Shown: positions 38,020 to 48,604, numbered from the stretch's first letter. The stretch: DNA of 64,000 nucleotides from Alphaproteobacteria bacterium (GCA_013288335.1 JABDCC010000002.1:8521-72520); one strand, 5' to 3'. The notes: a model not told the origin generated them from the sequence alone. A program made the numbers and translations.

Positions 38020-39773
38020 CCCCTGTGTTCCGTCTGCGCGTAAAGATTATAATAGGCACTGTCCTGCTTCTGCATCAGCGATTCATGCGTGCCGGATTCC
38101 ACAATTCTTCCGTGATCGAGCACATAGATAATGTCGGCGTTGCGGATGGTAGTAAGGCGATGCGCCACTACCAGCGTTGTGCGGTTTACCATGAGTTTAT
38201 CCAGCGCATCCTGCACCACACGCTCAGAGGTATTGTCGAGCGATGAAGTCGCTTCATCAAGCAGCAGAATCGGTGCATTCTTTACAATCGCACGCGCAAT
38301 GGCGAGGCGCTGGCGCTGACCGCCGGAGAGCTTCACGCCGTGCGGGCCTATCATGGTGTCATAGCCTTTGGGAAGCTCACGGATAAATTCATCGGCAGCC
38401 GCCATTCTCGCGGCATTTACTATTTCATCCTCACTTGCCTCAAGCCGTCCATAGGCAATATTCGCGCGCACGGTATCATCGAACAATACTATTTCCTGAC
38501 TCACCAGCGACATCGAGCCACGTAGCGATGCCAGTGTCACTTCACGAATATCCTGATCATCGACCGTAATCATGCCGCGATTCAAGTCATAAAAACGCAA
38601 GAGCAGATTCACCATGGTGGATTTTCCACTGCCGGAGGAGCCAACGAGTGCTACGGTTTTTCCCGCAGGAACGTTGAGTGTGATATCATCAATACCGCCA
38701 GTATCTTTGGCATAGTGGAATGAAGCATTTTCAAATCGAATTGCACCTTCGGATACTTTAAGCGGTTTAGCATTGGGCGCATCGGCAATCTCCGCTTTCA
38801 TGTCGAGCACCACAAATAACCGGCTTGCGGCAGCCAAGCCTTCCTGCAATGAGTTATTGAGTGTCACCAATGTTTTCGCAGGCTTATACGCCATGATCAT
38901 CGCAGCGACAAAAGAGAAAAATGCGCCGGGAGTGCTCTCACCATGAATAACGCCGTAACCGCCAAACCAGATGACAGCCGCAATGGATGCGCCGGTGAGT
39001 AACTCCATAATCGGAGAAGCCGCCGCCTGAATGCGCGAACCTTTGAAATAAAGACCATAGAGATTTTCAATGATTTTGCGCGCGCGGCTGATTTCATGTT
39101 CTTCGCGCCCATACGCTTTCACCATGCGCACACCGTGGAAGGTTTCATCAAGCTGGGCGGCAAAATGGCCAAGCTGCTGCTGAGTAGAATCAGAAATTTT
39201 GCGCATCCTGCGACCGAGGCGAATAACCGGAAGCACAGCAATCGGGAACACCACAAAAGCAATAAGCGCGAGGCTCGTATTTTGGTGAAACATGAGCGCC
39301 ACGAGAAACACCATGGTGAAAAAATCTTTGGCGATGCCGGTAAGCACGGTGGAAACCGCATTGCGCATAAGCATAATATCATTGGTAAAACGTGATATCA
39401 GCCGACCCGATGCCTGATCGTGAAACACCGACAAATCCGAATGCATCAGATGCGAAAACAGATCAATCTGCATATCCGCAATAATACGCTGGCCAACATT
39501 GCGCATAATCACCGTCTGGCCGTAAGAAGCAAACGCGCTCACCGTACCAATCGCAAACACCGCCATCGGCAGATAAAACAGCATGGTCGCGTTTTTCTTG
39601 AGAAATATATCGTCAAGCACCGGCTGCATCATCCAGGCGTTCGCCGCAGTTGCACCCGCCACCAGCATCATGCAAATAACTGCAAAAATGAGCTTCCGCA
39701 CATGGCTGGAAAGATAATCCTTCACGAGGCGCTTAAGCAGTGGCAGTGTTTGATATGCTAGTATTTCTTTCAA
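38016..39773 (-). CDS. ABC transporter permease/ATPase fusion (MsbA-like lipid exporter family)
   Basis: 585 aa. Six-TM exporter domain, then Walker A GSSGSGKST, signature LSGGQRQR and Walker B ILLLDEATS. Neighbours dgkA and manC suggest an envelope/lipid role. Confidence 0.8.
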   Translation of the reverse strand: MKEILAYQTLPLLKRLVKDYLSSHVRKLIFAVICMMLVAGATAANAWMMQPVLDDIFLKKNATMLFYLPMAVFAIGTVSAFASYGQTVIMRNVGQRIIADMQIDLFSHLMHSDLSVFHDQASGRLISRFTNDIMLMRNAVSTVLTGIAKDFFTMVFLVALMFHQNTSLALIAFVVFPIAVLPVIRLGRRMRKISDSTQQQLGHFAAQLDETFHGVRMVKAYGREEHEISRARKIIENLYGLYFKGSRIQAAASPIMELLTGASIAAVIWFGGYGVIHGESTPGAFFSFVAAMIMAYKPAKTLVTLNNSLQEGLAAASRLFVVLDMKAEIADAPNAKPLKVSEGAIRFENASFHYAKDTGGIDDITLNVPAGKTVALVGSSGSGKSTMVNLLLRFYDLNRGMITVDDQDIREVTLASLRGSMSLVSQEIVLFDDTVRANIAYGRLEASEDEIVNAARMAAADEFIRELPKGYDTMIGPHGVKLSGGQRQRLAIARAIVKNAPILLLDEATSSLDNTSERVVQDALDKLMVNRTTLVVAHRLTTIRNADIIYVLDHGRIVESGTHESLMQKQDSAYYNLYAQTEHRG

Positions 39774-39873
39774 TCGTGGTCTCCGAAATGACTGTCATTA
39801 GAGTATATTAGGGAGATTCATAGCGTATTTGCCGCTAAATACCAGAAAACTCATCACATTAAGGTAAAAATTA

Positions 39874-40236
39874 CTATAGAACGCTGATTAATATTACACC
39901 CCAGGTGATTACAGCAGCCATTATTGACAGAAACACCGCAGCACTTCCCATATCTTTTGCTTTTTTAGAGAGGTCGTGGTGGTCGGAAGAAATCCTGTCT
40001 ATCGCTTTCTCAATCGCTGTATTCAGTATCTCCACAATCAAAACCAGAAAAAGGCTGCCGATTAACAGGCAATGCTCTGCAATCGTTACTTTCAGAAAAA
40101 GACTTATGGGAAATAATACCAAGCAAGCAATAAGCTCCTGCCGGAATGCTTCTTCCGACGCGTAGACTGCCCGAAACCCATGAAACGAACATGTAAATGC
40201 CGCAATAATGCGTTTAATTCCCTTGCCGTTATTCAT
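39874..40236 (-). CDS. dgkA: diacylglycerol kinase
   Basis: 120 aa with three TM helices. DgkA motifs (EEAFRQE, VEILNTAIE.AIDR, KAKDMGSAAV) are present. Confidence 0.85.
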   Translation of the reverse strand: MNNGKGIKRIIAAFTCSFHGFRAVYASEEAFRQELIACLVLFPISLFLKVTIAEHCLLIGSLFLVLIVEILNTAIEKAIDRISSDHHDLSKKAKDMGSAAVFLSIMAAVITWGVILISVL

Positions 40237-40253
40237 GCAAACCTCTGAGTAAT

Positions 40254-41597
40254 CTATCTGCCAGCAACCGTCATAGTGTCGATGCGGAGTGTTGGCGCAT
40301 TGGTAGAGTAGCGGAATTCCAGGTCATTTGCCACGCGTAAATCAGCAAACATATCGGCGAGTTTTCCGGCAATGGTGACTTCACTCACTGCGTAGGATTT
40401 TACTCCGTTTTCTATCCAGAACCCTGCCGCGCCCTGGCTGTAATCACCGGTAATTAAATTCACTCCCATGCCAAATACCTCGGTCACGTAAAATCCGCCC
40501 TTGATGTTGCTCAACAAATCATTCACGGAAATTTCTGACGGCGGAATATAAAGATTAGTAGTCGAAGGCGATGGCGGCGAAGAAAGTCCGCGCGAAGCAT
40601 GTCCGGTAGTAACAAGTCCCAGTTTATTTGCCGAACGCACATCAAGTAACCACGTTTGCAATACACCATTTTCTACCAGCAGGGTTTTTTTATTGGCAAC
40701 ACCCTCACCGTCGAACGGCTTGGAGCCTATCCCGCGCAAACGATGTGGCTCATCAATGATATTGATGGACTTATGAAATATCTGTTTACCCATGGAGTCT
40801 TTCAGGAAACTTGTTCCGCGCGCAATCGAACTACCATTTATTGCACCGGCGAATGCTCCAAGCATGCCTTTGGAAACGCGTGGATCAAACACCACCGGAA
40901 TAGTACCCGTTTCAATTTTGCGCGGGTTTAATCGTGCCAAAGCACGGTTAGCAGCATTGATGCCTAACGCTCCCGCATCGCTTAAATCTGAGACAAATCG
41001 TGCAGAGGTAAAATCATAATCACGCTCCATGCCGCTACCCGTACCTGCAAGCACCGAGACTGAAATGGAGGCATTGCTCGCTTGATACACGCCTGCAAAA
41101 CCATTGCTTGCAGCGAGCGCAAACGTTACCGAGCCGTAAGCCGCATCCGCACCTTCTGAGTTGGTCACGCCTTTTACTGCGAGTGCAGCATCTTCTGCTA
41201 TCGCACATTTCTCCTGCAGCCATTCAGGATTTGGTTCTTTTTTATCATATAAATCCAGATCGGGAATTTTCTTCGCAAGCAACGCTTCCGGTGCAAGACC
41301 ACTAAATTTGTCTTCCGGCGCGAGCTTAGCCATCGCGAGTGAGCGCGTGAGCATTTCCGTGCATGCCTCTTTGCTGGTATCGGAAGAAGAAACCATCGAA
41401 GAACGGTTGCCGATAAAAACACGGAGGCCTATCCCTTTGCTTTCTGCACGCTCCAAGCCTTCCGGTTTTCCCATACGCTGCGATACGGAAAGCGCAGTCG
41501 ATTCATAGAGCAGCACATCGGCAGCATCAGCACCGCTTTTACGTGCCGATTTGATTAAATCGGTTATAAGATCTAGGGATTGTTTCATGGGCTTCAT
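40254..41597 (-). CDS. pmbA: TldD/PmbA-family metalloprotease (PmbA-like)
   Basis: 447 aa. Family-wide conservation is seen, including the C-terminal GDYSQGAAGFWIENG..V.EVTIAG segment. Confidence 0.8.
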   Translation of the reverse strand: MKPMKQSLDLITDLIKSARKSGADAADVLLYESTALSVSQRMGKPEGLERAESKGIGLRVFIGNRSSMVSSSDTSKEACTEMLTRSLAMAKLAPEDKFSGLAPEALLAKKIPDLDLYDKKEPNPEWLQEKCAIAEDAALAVKGVTNSEGADAAYGSVTFALAASNGFAGVYQASNASISVSVLAGTGSGMERDYDFTSARFVSDLSDAGALGINAANRALARLNPRKIETGTIPVVFDPRVSKGMLGAFAGAINGSSIARGTSFLKDSMGKQIFHKSINIIDEPHRLRGIGSKPFDGEGVANKKTLLVENGVLQTWLLDVRSANKLGLVTTGHASRGLSSPPSPSTTNLYIPPSEISVNDLLSNIKGGFYVTEVFGMGVNLITGDYSQGAAGFWIENGVKSYAVSEVTIAGKLADMFADLRVANDLEFRYSTNAPTLRIDTMTVAGR

Positions 41598-41663
41598 TCA
41601 ATAATTGAAATGTGTGCTGCTTGCAACGATTGACTTCGGATAAAATAACTTCATAACTAATTT

Positions 41664-42689
41664 ATGCAGGCAATTCACCGCAATAATTTCGATTTCATCC
41701 GTTTATCTGCTGCAATCATGGTCTGGTATGGCCATTGTTATGCACTCGTAAAACTCAACGATCCTCTCGAGCGAGCTATCTCATTTGAGGCTTTTGGAAG
41801 CCTCGGTGTTACTATTTTCTTTATCATCAGCGGGTATTTTGTAACCGCCAGTTACAACAATAACAAACGCTTTCTGCCTTATATGCGAAACCGTGCATTA
41901 CGCATATTACCCGCATTATTTGTGGTCGTTTTGCTCAGCGTTTTCGTGCTTGGTCCATTGGTTACCACACTATCAATCGGTGATTATTTCAGCAATCATA
42001 TCACCTGGCGCTACTTAAAATGTATGCTGATTTTTCCATTGCAATATGATTTGCCGGGAGTGTTTACGCATAATGCCATGAGTGCAGTCAACGGCTCCTT
42101 ATGGACATTACAACATGAGCTGCGACTTTATATTGTGATAGCATTGCTCGGTGTACTTGGCATTTTGCGCCCACGCTTGATGCTTGTTTTGTTGGTTGGT
42201 TTATATGTTATCCGTATGTATGGATACGTAACCGTGCCACCACCGGAGAAACTTTTTACCGTGAAGTGGGGCAAGCTGGAACTGGCGGTAAAACTTGCCA
42301 GCCAGTTTGCTGGTGGCGCACTTATGTATCTGGCGCGTGACAAACTGATCTTGTGCAAAAAGTATTTTGTGATTGCATTGTTGTTGCTCGGCGGGAGTCT
42401 TTTTTTGCCTGCTATAGCCAACAGCATGTTGTTTGATATTGGTCTTACTTATGCCGTTATTTATCTGGGGTTTCTAAAACTTCCATTGCTTCCAATGGCT
42501 GGAAAGTATGGCGATTTTTCGTATGGATTTTATCTTTATGCTTTTCCCATACAGCAGCTTTCCCTGCAATTACTGGGTAGCGATCCCGGTTTTGGAGCGT
42601 TTTTGTTTACGAGCTTTGTAGCAACTTTTCTGTGTGCAATTCTCTCGTGGCATTTTGTGGAAAATCCGGCTTTATCGCTCAAACGCTGA
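41664..42689 (+). CDS. acyltransferase family 3 membrane protein (O-acyltransferase)
   Basis: 341 aa with ~10 TM segments. N-terminal motif (NNFDFIRLSAAIMVWYGH, GVTIFFIISGY) is typical of the Acyl_transf_3 family. Confidence 0.8.
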   Translation: MQAIHRNNFDFIRLSAAIMVWYGHCYALVKLNDPLERAISFEAFGSLGVTIFFIISGYFVTASYNNNKRFLPYMRNRALRILPALFVVVLLSVFVLGPLVTTLSIGDYFSNHITWRYLKCMLIFPLQYDLPGVFTHNAMSAVNGSLWTLQHELRLYIVIALLGVLGILRPRLMLVLLVGLYVIRMYGYVTVPPPEKLFTVKWGKLELAVKLASQFAGGALMYLARDKLILCKKYFVIALLLLGGSLFLPAIANSMLFDIGLTYAVIYLGFLKLPLLPMAGKYGDFSYGFYLYAFPIQQLSLQLLGSDPGFGAFLFTSFVATFLCAILSWHFVENPALSLKR

Positions 42690-43446
42690 TTTGTAATGTA
42701 AGCGCGTAAAGCGCAACTGCTGCGGCATTAGACACATTGAGACTTTCCATGGCAGACGATATTGGCAAACGCACCAGCAAATCACACCGTTCAGCCGTTA
42801 AACGACGAAGCCCCTTTCCTTCTGCACCAAGTACCAATGCAGTTTTATTATTGAGCTTGGCCTGCGCAATCGTTTGCTTCGCTTCGCCGTCTAGCCCAAT
42901 GCACCAATAGCCGTGTTTTTTAAGTGTTTCCATGGATTGCGATAGGTTGGTGACGGTGATAATTGGCACAATCTCAATGCCACCCGATGAAGCTTTTGCC
43001 ATGGTGGCGGACTCCTGAGCTGCGTGATCCTTGGTCACAATAATAGCTCCCACACCAAACGCTGCGGCAGTACGAAGTATTGCACCTACATTATGCGGAT
43101 CGGTCACCTGATCAAGTAACAATAAAGGCTTCGGCCCCTTGGCGATTGCCAAATAATCCTCAAGCGCCATTTCGGGCAACGGCCTTACTTCAAGTGCAAT
43201 ACCCTGATGCACAGCATCTTCAGGCAGGAGTTTGCTGATATCTTGCGGGGATTTATCTTCCGGATTTATTTTACGTGCTTTGCATTCTGATGTGAATTTC
43301 TCCATCGCCTGCTTAGTTGCCACCATGCGTTTTATTTCTCGGGTTTCATTGAGCAGCGCCGCACGCACGGCATGCACGCCGTAAAGCCAGTAAGTTTTTC
43401 CTGATTCGGATTTCTTGTGATGATATTGCATGGCTCTCTTATACAA
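42679..43446 (-). CDS. rlmB: 23S rRNA (guanosine-2'-O)-methyltransferase, SpoU/TrmH family (RlmB-like)
   Basis: 255 aa. N-terminal substrate-binding region (YGVHAVRAALLN) and SpoU methylase motifs (DPHNVGAILRTAAAFG, LVLGAEGKGL, SLNVSNAAAVALY). Confidence 0.8.
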   Translation of the reverse strand: MYKRAMQYHHKKSESGKTYWLYGVHAVRAALLNETREIKRMVATKQAMEKFTSECKARKINPEDKSPQDISKLLPEDAVHQGIALEVRPLPEMALEDYLAIAKGPKPLLLLDQVTDPHNVGAILRTAAAFGVGAIIVTKDHAAQESATMAKASSGGIEIVPIITVTNLSQSMETLKKHGYWCIGLDGEAKQTIAQAKLNNKTALVLGAEGKGLRRLTAERCDLLVRLPISSAMESLNVSNAAAVALYALTLQISV

Positions 43447-45691
43447 AACTATACGGCTCTACGTCGATCTTTATCTTGAAGGCAGCAGGAATTTTATGTT
43501 GCAACAACCAATCCGCAAGCCACTGCTGCAAAGGAAAATTACGCTCAGCCTTAATAAGTATACGATAACGATATTTGCCGCTAAGCCTTAGCAATGGCGC
43601 CGGAGCGGGTCCTAAGATCATTGGCATAGGGGGAACGCTTCCCCCATCTACGCTCCGCGCAGCCTCCCCCGCGGGGTCGTCGCTTCCGCTCCTCCGCGTA
43701 TCCACGCTATTGGCAAGTCTCACTAATTCTCTGGCAAAACCTGCAACCTCTTGCTCATTCTGTCCTTCGATAATCACTGCGGCGAGTTTACCGTAAGGTG
43801 GCATCTCCGCATCTTCGCGCATTCTGGCTTCAAGCATCATAAAACGATCGCGATCGCCTGCAGCAAGTGCCTGCATCACCGGGTGCTCCGGCATATAAGT
43901 CTGCAAATACACTTCGCCTTTGGTTTTCTCACGACCCGCACGTCCCGAAAGCTGGTGCAATAATTGATAAGTGCGCTCGCCTGCGCGTAAGTCACCACCG
44001 GCAAGCCCCATATCTGCATCGATCACACCCACCAATGCAAGCCCCGCAAAATGATGTCCCTTCGCTATCATCTGCGTGCCAACAAGAATATCTATTTCGC
44101 CCTTAGTCATAGAATCTATAATATTTTCATCTGCGCTATCACTCGTCATCACCTTGATTCTCGCATTTGGAAATAACTCGCAAAGCTCTTCAGCGATACG
44201 TTCAACACCCGGCCCATAAGGAACAATCGTATTTTCCTTTTTACATTCCGGGCAGGCTTTAGGAACAGGCGCAGTATAGCCGCAATGATGGCACAGCAGT
44301 TTATTTTTTGCGCGGTGCAGAACCAGCCACGAGGTGCAATCGGGACATTGAAAGCGGTGCCCACAGGCACGACATAGCATAAGCGGTGCATAGCCGCGGC
44401 GGTTCATAAAAATCATCGCCTGATTTTTCTCGGCAAGCGTTTTAATAATTGCATTGCGTAGTGGTTCAGAAATCCATTTGCCACGCTCAGGCGGGGTCAC
44501 ACGCATATCAATTAGCTGCACCACTGGCATCTCGGCTTCATTATGGCGGTTCGGTAAATGCACACGCGTGTAGCGTTTATTTTCGATGTTATATTCGGTC
44601 TCCAGCGAAGGCGTCGCCGAGACAAGCACAATCGGTATTTTTTCCTGATGTGCACGCGCAACCGCCATGTCTCGCGCCTGATAAATCGCGCCGTCTTCCT
44701 GTTTGTAGGAAGGATCGTGCTCTTCATCCACTATGATAAGTGCAAGATTGCTAAATGGCATAAATAGAGCCGAGCGCGCACCCACTATAATCTTCACATT
44801 GCCACTAGCCACCCCACGCCATGATTCACGTTTTTTCGAAGGTTTTACATTAGAATGCCAGACATCCGGCTCGAAACCAAAGCGCTTTTTAAACCGCGCA
44901 AGCCACTGCACAGAGAGTGCAATTTCCGGCAACATCACCAGAACCTGCTTGTTCTGGCCGATACAGGCATCTATCGCATCAAAATACACCTCGGTTTTTC
45001 CTGAACCCGTTACACCGTCTAATACGGTTACTGAAAAACCTGCATTAATCTTATTACGCAGCAAATCCGCAGCATTCTTTTGAGCATCAGACAAGCACGG
45101 CGTCACTGCGATTGCATTTGCCACTATGTTGGCTCTAGCAGGAATACTAAGAATTTCTTTTAAACCCTCTGCTTTTATAAACTCCCGGACAACATGTGCC
45201 GAAACTTTGGCATAGGTTGCTATGTCTTTTGCAGTGCGCGGAGTCTCATCTGAGAGATAGGCAACAATACGCGCACGCGCTGGAGTTATTTTATTCTGTG
45301 ACTCTTTATTGAGTTTGTAATGCACATCAATAGCAGGAGGATTTAATGCATCTGGTGCGGAAAGTGCCATCTTCAGCACCATGCCCAGCGGTGTAAGCGT
45401 ATACCAGGAAACCCACTCGATGAATTTACGCATAGCCTCAGGTATCGGTGGCAAATGCACAGCTATCATTTCGATAGTTTTTATTTTTTTCTCATCAATG
45501 CCGCCTTGTGCCGCGCCCCAAACCACTCCCCAAACCGATTTATTGCCAAAAGGCACCCGCACATAATCGCCAATAGTCACCTCCATGCCATCTTGCACGC
45601 GGTAATCAAAGGGGTTGCGAAAAACCAGCGGCAACAAAACACCGACTATTTTTCCAGAACTAATAATCTCTCTTCCGTTCTCTTTTAACAT
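43439..45691 (-). CDS. priA: primosomal replication restart helicase PriA
   Basis: 750 aa. Walker A GVTGSGKT and DEEH box are present. A Cys4-Cys4 zinc region (CRACGHRFQCPDC...CHHCGY...CPEC) and C-terminal LGPAPAPLLRLSGKYRYRIL follow. It contains a GC-rich ~30-codon insert (see findings). Confidence 0.9.
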   Translation of the reverse strand: MLKENGREIISSGKIVGVLLPLVFRNPFDYRVQDGMEVTIGDYVRVPFGNKSVWGVVWGAAQGGIDEKKIKTIEMIAVHLPPIPEAMRKFIEWVSWYTLTPLGMVLKMALSAPDALNPPAIDVHYKLNKESQNKITPARARIVAYLSDETPRTAKDIATYAKVSAHVVREFIKAEGLKEILSIPARANIVANAIAVTPCLSDAQKNAADLLRNKINAGFSVTVLDGVTGSGKTEVYFDAIDACIGQNKQVLVMLPEIALSVQWLARFKKRFGFEPDVWHSNVKPSKKRESWRGVASGNVKIIVGARSALFMPFSNLALIIVDEEHDPSYKQEDGAIYQARDMAVARAHQEKIPIVLVSATPSLETEYNIENKRYTRVHLPNRHNEAEMPVVQLIDMRVTPPERGKWISEPLRNAIIKTLAEKNQAMIFMNRRGYAPLMLCRACGHRFQCPDCTSWLVLHRAKNKLLCHHCGYTAPVPKACPECKKENTIVPYGPGVERIAEELCELFPNARIKVMTSDSADENIIDSMTKGEIDILVGTQMIAKGHHFAGLALVGVIDADMGLAGGDLRAGERTYQLLHQLSGRAGREKTKGEVYLQTYMPEHPVMQALAAGDRDRFMMLEARMREDAEMPPYGKLAAVIIEGQNEQEVAGFARELVRLANSVDTRRSGSDDPAGEAARSVDGGSVPPMPMILGPAPAPLLRLSGKYRYRILIKAERNFPLQQWLADWLLQHKIPAAFKIKIDVEPYSFV

Positions 45692-45726
45692 GCGCTAGAC
45701 ATTAGAATACAACAACGAGGTGTGCC

Positions 45727-46383
45727 ATGAAATTTTTTGTCGATACTGCCGATGTAGCCGAAATCCGCGAATTAGCCGAAACTGGCCTTTTAGACGGAGT
45801 TACCACTAATCCATCACTTATTGCCAAATCTGGTCGTGATTTTATCGAAGTGGTAAAAGAAATTTGTACGCTGACCGATGGCCCAGTGAGTGCCGAGGTT
45901 ACCGCACTGGATGCACCCGGCATGATCAAAGAAGGTGAAAAACTTGCCAAAATTGCAAAAAATATTGCCATAAAAGTACCGCTCACCTGGGAAGGTTTAA
46001 AAGCCTGCAAACATTTTACCAGCCGCGGAACCATGGTGAATGTAACGCTGTGTTTCTCAGCCGCACAGGCAATTTTAGCCGCTAAAGCCGGAGCAACTTT
46101 TGTATCTCCGTTTGTAGGCAGGCTCGACGATGTAGGGCAAGACGGTTTACATTTGATCGGTGAAATTTGTGAAATTTATAGCCAGTACGATTATTTTGAA
46201 ACACAGGTGTTGGTCGCGAGCGTGCGCAACCCTATTCATATTGTGGAATCAGCGAGAATGGGTGCGCATGTAGCCACCATTCCACCGTCTGTGATGAAAC
46301 AACTTGCTCAACACCCACTCACCGATAAAGGTTTGGCGGGCTTCATGGCGGACTGGCAGAAAACCGGACAGAAGATTATATAA
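45727..46383 (+). CDS. tal: fructose-6-phosphate aldolase/transaldolase (type 3B, short form)
   Basis: 218 aa with [27 protein letters not shown], catalytic-Lys region IAIKVP and SPFVGRLDD. Confidence 0.85.
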   Translation: MKFFVDTADVAEIRELAETGLLDGVTTNPSLIAKSGRDFIEVVKEICTLTDGPVSAEVTALDAPGMIKEGEKLAKIAKNIAIKVPLTWEGLKACKHFTSRGTMVNVTLCFSAAQAILAAKAGATFVSPFVGRLDDVGQDGLHLIGEICEIYSQYDYFETQVLVASVRNPIHIVESARMGAHVATIPPSVMKQLAQHPLTDKGLAGFMADWQKTGQKII

Positions 46384-46402
46384 TAATAAAAATATAGGGA
46401 TT

Positions 46403-47170
46403 ATGACTGTAGATAAATCATCAAAAACTTCAGCTAAAACCAAAGAAACCATAAGCAAGCAACAGGTAGTTGACTATTTGCGTCAGCATCCGAATTTTTT
46501 GAAAGATAATGTAGATCTGTTTGAAACCATCACTCCGCCGGAAGTAGATCACGGCGGCAATGTGGTGGATTTACAGCATCATATGCTTGGCAAACTCCAG
46601 ACGGGCCTACAGGCGATAAAAGGTAAATATGAAGGACTAATTACCTCCAGCCGCGACAATATGTCCACCCTGCACCAGGTGCATGAGGCCGTACTTTCGC
46701 TCATCCGCGCGCCATCGCTTGAGCAACTACTGGAAGTGATTGCGCTCGATTTGCCAGCGTTTTTTAATGTGGATATTGTGCGTCTGGGTTTAGAGTCGGA
46801 AGCGGCGGAATTTTATGAAAATAAATTCGGTGAGCAAAATGCGTCCGGCATCGCATTCTTAGAAGCAGGTCTGATTGATCAAATCATGACCAAAGGTAAA
46901 TCCATTTTGTTGATTGCCGACACCGAAAAACAATTCTTCCCCGGTTTTGCCCAAATATTTGCTGACTGCGAAGGAATTGTCGAGTCGGTGGTGTTCCTGC
47001 GTATGCGCCTGCCCTCTTCGCAGCGCAATGTATTACTTGCTTTTGGGGTCCGAATAAAAAATCATTTCCATGAAGGTCAGGGAACTGAGATGCTCTCATT
47101 CCTCGCACAAATTATCGAACATAGATTAGATGAATGTCTAAACGACAGCGGAATAGCCCATTTGATCTAA
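46403..47170 (+). CDS. DUF484-family protein
   Basis: ATG 46403 (MTVDKSS..); the track ORF starts earlier, inside tal. N-terminal YLRQHPNFLKDN..DLQHHMLGKL pattern and position directly upstream of xerC are typical of DUF484. Confidence 0.7.
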   Translation: MTVDKSSKTSAKTKETISKQQVVDYLRQHPNFLKDNVDLFETITPPEVDHGGNVVDLQHHMLGKLQTGLQAIKGKYEGLITSSRDNMSTLHQVHEAVLSLIRAPSLEQLLEVIALDLPAFFNVDIVRLGLESEAAEFYENKFGEQNASGIAFLEAGLIDQIMTKGKSILLIADTEKQFFPGFAQIFADCEGIVESVVFLRMRLPSSQRNVLLAFGVRIKNHFHEGQGTEMLSFLAQIIEHRLDECLNDSGIAHLI

Positions 47171-48096
47171 GCGGCCTCACGATTGATGCAAAATTGCGTG
47201 AAGCGGTATCGTCTTGGCTCGAATGGCTTTCTCATAATAAATCCGCGTCCGAGCATACTGTCACCGCTTATGAAATTGATCTCAGACATTTTTTGCAATT
47301 TGTAAGCAAGCACCTCGGCGATGAAGTAACTATCGCGAATCTTGCAGAATTAAATTTACGTGATTTTCGCAGTTGGCTTGCAACCCGCATGAGTGAAAAA
47401 TTTACTGCAACTTCCACTGCGCGTGCGATGTCAGTGGTGCGCGGATTTTTTCGTTATCTGGAGAAGCAAGGCGGCTTTGAAAACCCGGCAATATTTCATG
47501 TACGCACGCCTAAACTTGCAAAGTCGCTACCCAAAGCACTCGCTGAAGATCAGGCAATGTCATCGCTTGATTCTGTGGGCGAAAATCATAAAGATGAATG
47601 GGTGCAACTGCGCGATGTGGCAATTCTTACTCTCATTTATGGATGCGGCCTTCGTATCAGTGAAGCGCTTAACCTTCACCCTAGTGATATGAAACCAAAT
47701 GCAATTTCACTTACGATAAAAGGTAAAGGCAATAAAGAACGCATGGTTCCGGTATTGCCGCAAATTCATACCGCCATCGAACAATATAAAAAACTATGCC
47801 CTTATAATCTTGCAAAAGATGAGCCATTATTTCGGGGGCTTCGCGGCAAGCAACTACAGCCTGCCATTTTTCAGAAAGAAATCAGATATTTGCGTGCAAG
47901 CTTAGGTCTGCCGGATTCTGCTACTCCGCATGCATTTCGCCACAGCTTTGCAACACACTTGCTGGCAAGTGGTGGTGATTTGCGCACGATTCAGGAATTG
48001 CTTGGTCACGCCGATCTTTCCACCACCCAGCGTTACACCAAAGTTGATCACGAGCGATTACTTAGCGCCTACCAGAAAGCGCACCCACGGGCATAA
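47134..48096 (+). CDS. xerC: site-specific tyrosine recombinase XerC
   Basis: 320 aa. N-terminal SAM-like domain and catalytic residues are in context (GLRISEAL.., HAFRHSFATHLL, GGDLRTIQELLGHADLSTTQRYT). The start overlaps DUF484 by 37 nt, so the start is uncertain. Confidence 0.85.
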   Translation: MSKRQRNSPFDLSGLTIDAKLREAVSSWLEWLSHNKSASEHTVTAYEIDLRHFLQFVSKHLGDEVTIANLAELNLRDFRSWLATRMSEKFTATSTARAMSVVRGFFRYLEKQGGFENPAIFHVRTPKLAKSLPKALAEDQAMSSLDSVGENHKDEWVQLRDVAILTLIYGCGLRISEALNLHPSDMKPNAISLTIKGKGNKERMVPVLPQIHTAIEQYKKLCPYNLAKDEPLFRGLRGKQLQPAIFQKEIRYLRASLGLPDSATPHAFRHSFATHLLASGGDLRTIQELLGHADLSTTQRYTKVDHERLLSAYQKAHPRA

Positions 48097-48151
48097 ATCA
48101 TTGAAATATTGAGTATTACCTGCTACCCACAAATTGCTGGGAGGCACATTT

Positions 48152-48604
48152 ATGAAAAAAACGTTCACCGCATTATATTGCGCAGTGTTTTCTGCGGCCT
48201 TTTGTATGTCATCTCCTTTATTGGCCGATGACAATACGAGCATAGAAAAATTACAGGCAGCCGCAAATCAGGGAGATGCAGAAGCACAGCTTAAACTCGG
48301 CTCTGCCTATGAAACCGGCGACGGCGTTAATCAGGATGATGTGCAAGCCATGAAGTGGATAAAAAAATCAGCGGATCAGGGAAATACCGAGGCGCAATTC
48401 CATCTTGGCATCGCGTACCGTAGCGGATTTGGTGTACCGATGGATAAAACCCTTGCATATATGTGGTTTGAGCTCGCAGCCAAACAGGGAAGCAATAAAG
48501 CCATAGAAACGCGTAAAGATCTCGCAAATTCCATGACGGATGACGAAATCGAAAAAGCCAGAGATATGGCAAATGACTGGAAACCGTTGGCAGACTCCAA
48601 CTAA
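48152..48604 (+). CDS. secreted Sel1-repeat (TPR-like) protein
   Basis: ATG 48152 follows GGGAGG. A signal peptide is present. Three Sel1 repeats follow (GDAEAQLKLGSAYETGDGVNQD.., GNTEAQFHLGIAYRSGFGVPMD..). Confidence 0.75.
   Translation: MKKTFTALYCAVFSAAFCMSSPLLADDNTSIEKLQAAANQGDAEAQLKLGSAYETGDGVNQDDVQAMKWIKKSADQGNTEAQFHLGIAYRSGFGVPMDKTLAYMWFELAAKQGSNKAIETRKDLANSMTDDEIEKARDMANDWKPLADSN

Noticed and set aside
47134-48096. Tyrosine recombinase considered as a possible integrase of a mobile element, given tRNA genes elsewhere in the window.
   Set aside because: The DUF484-xerC arrangement and full XerC-type motifs indicate the housekeeping chromosome-dimer resolvase. There are no flanking att-like repeats, phage genes or adjacent tRNA.
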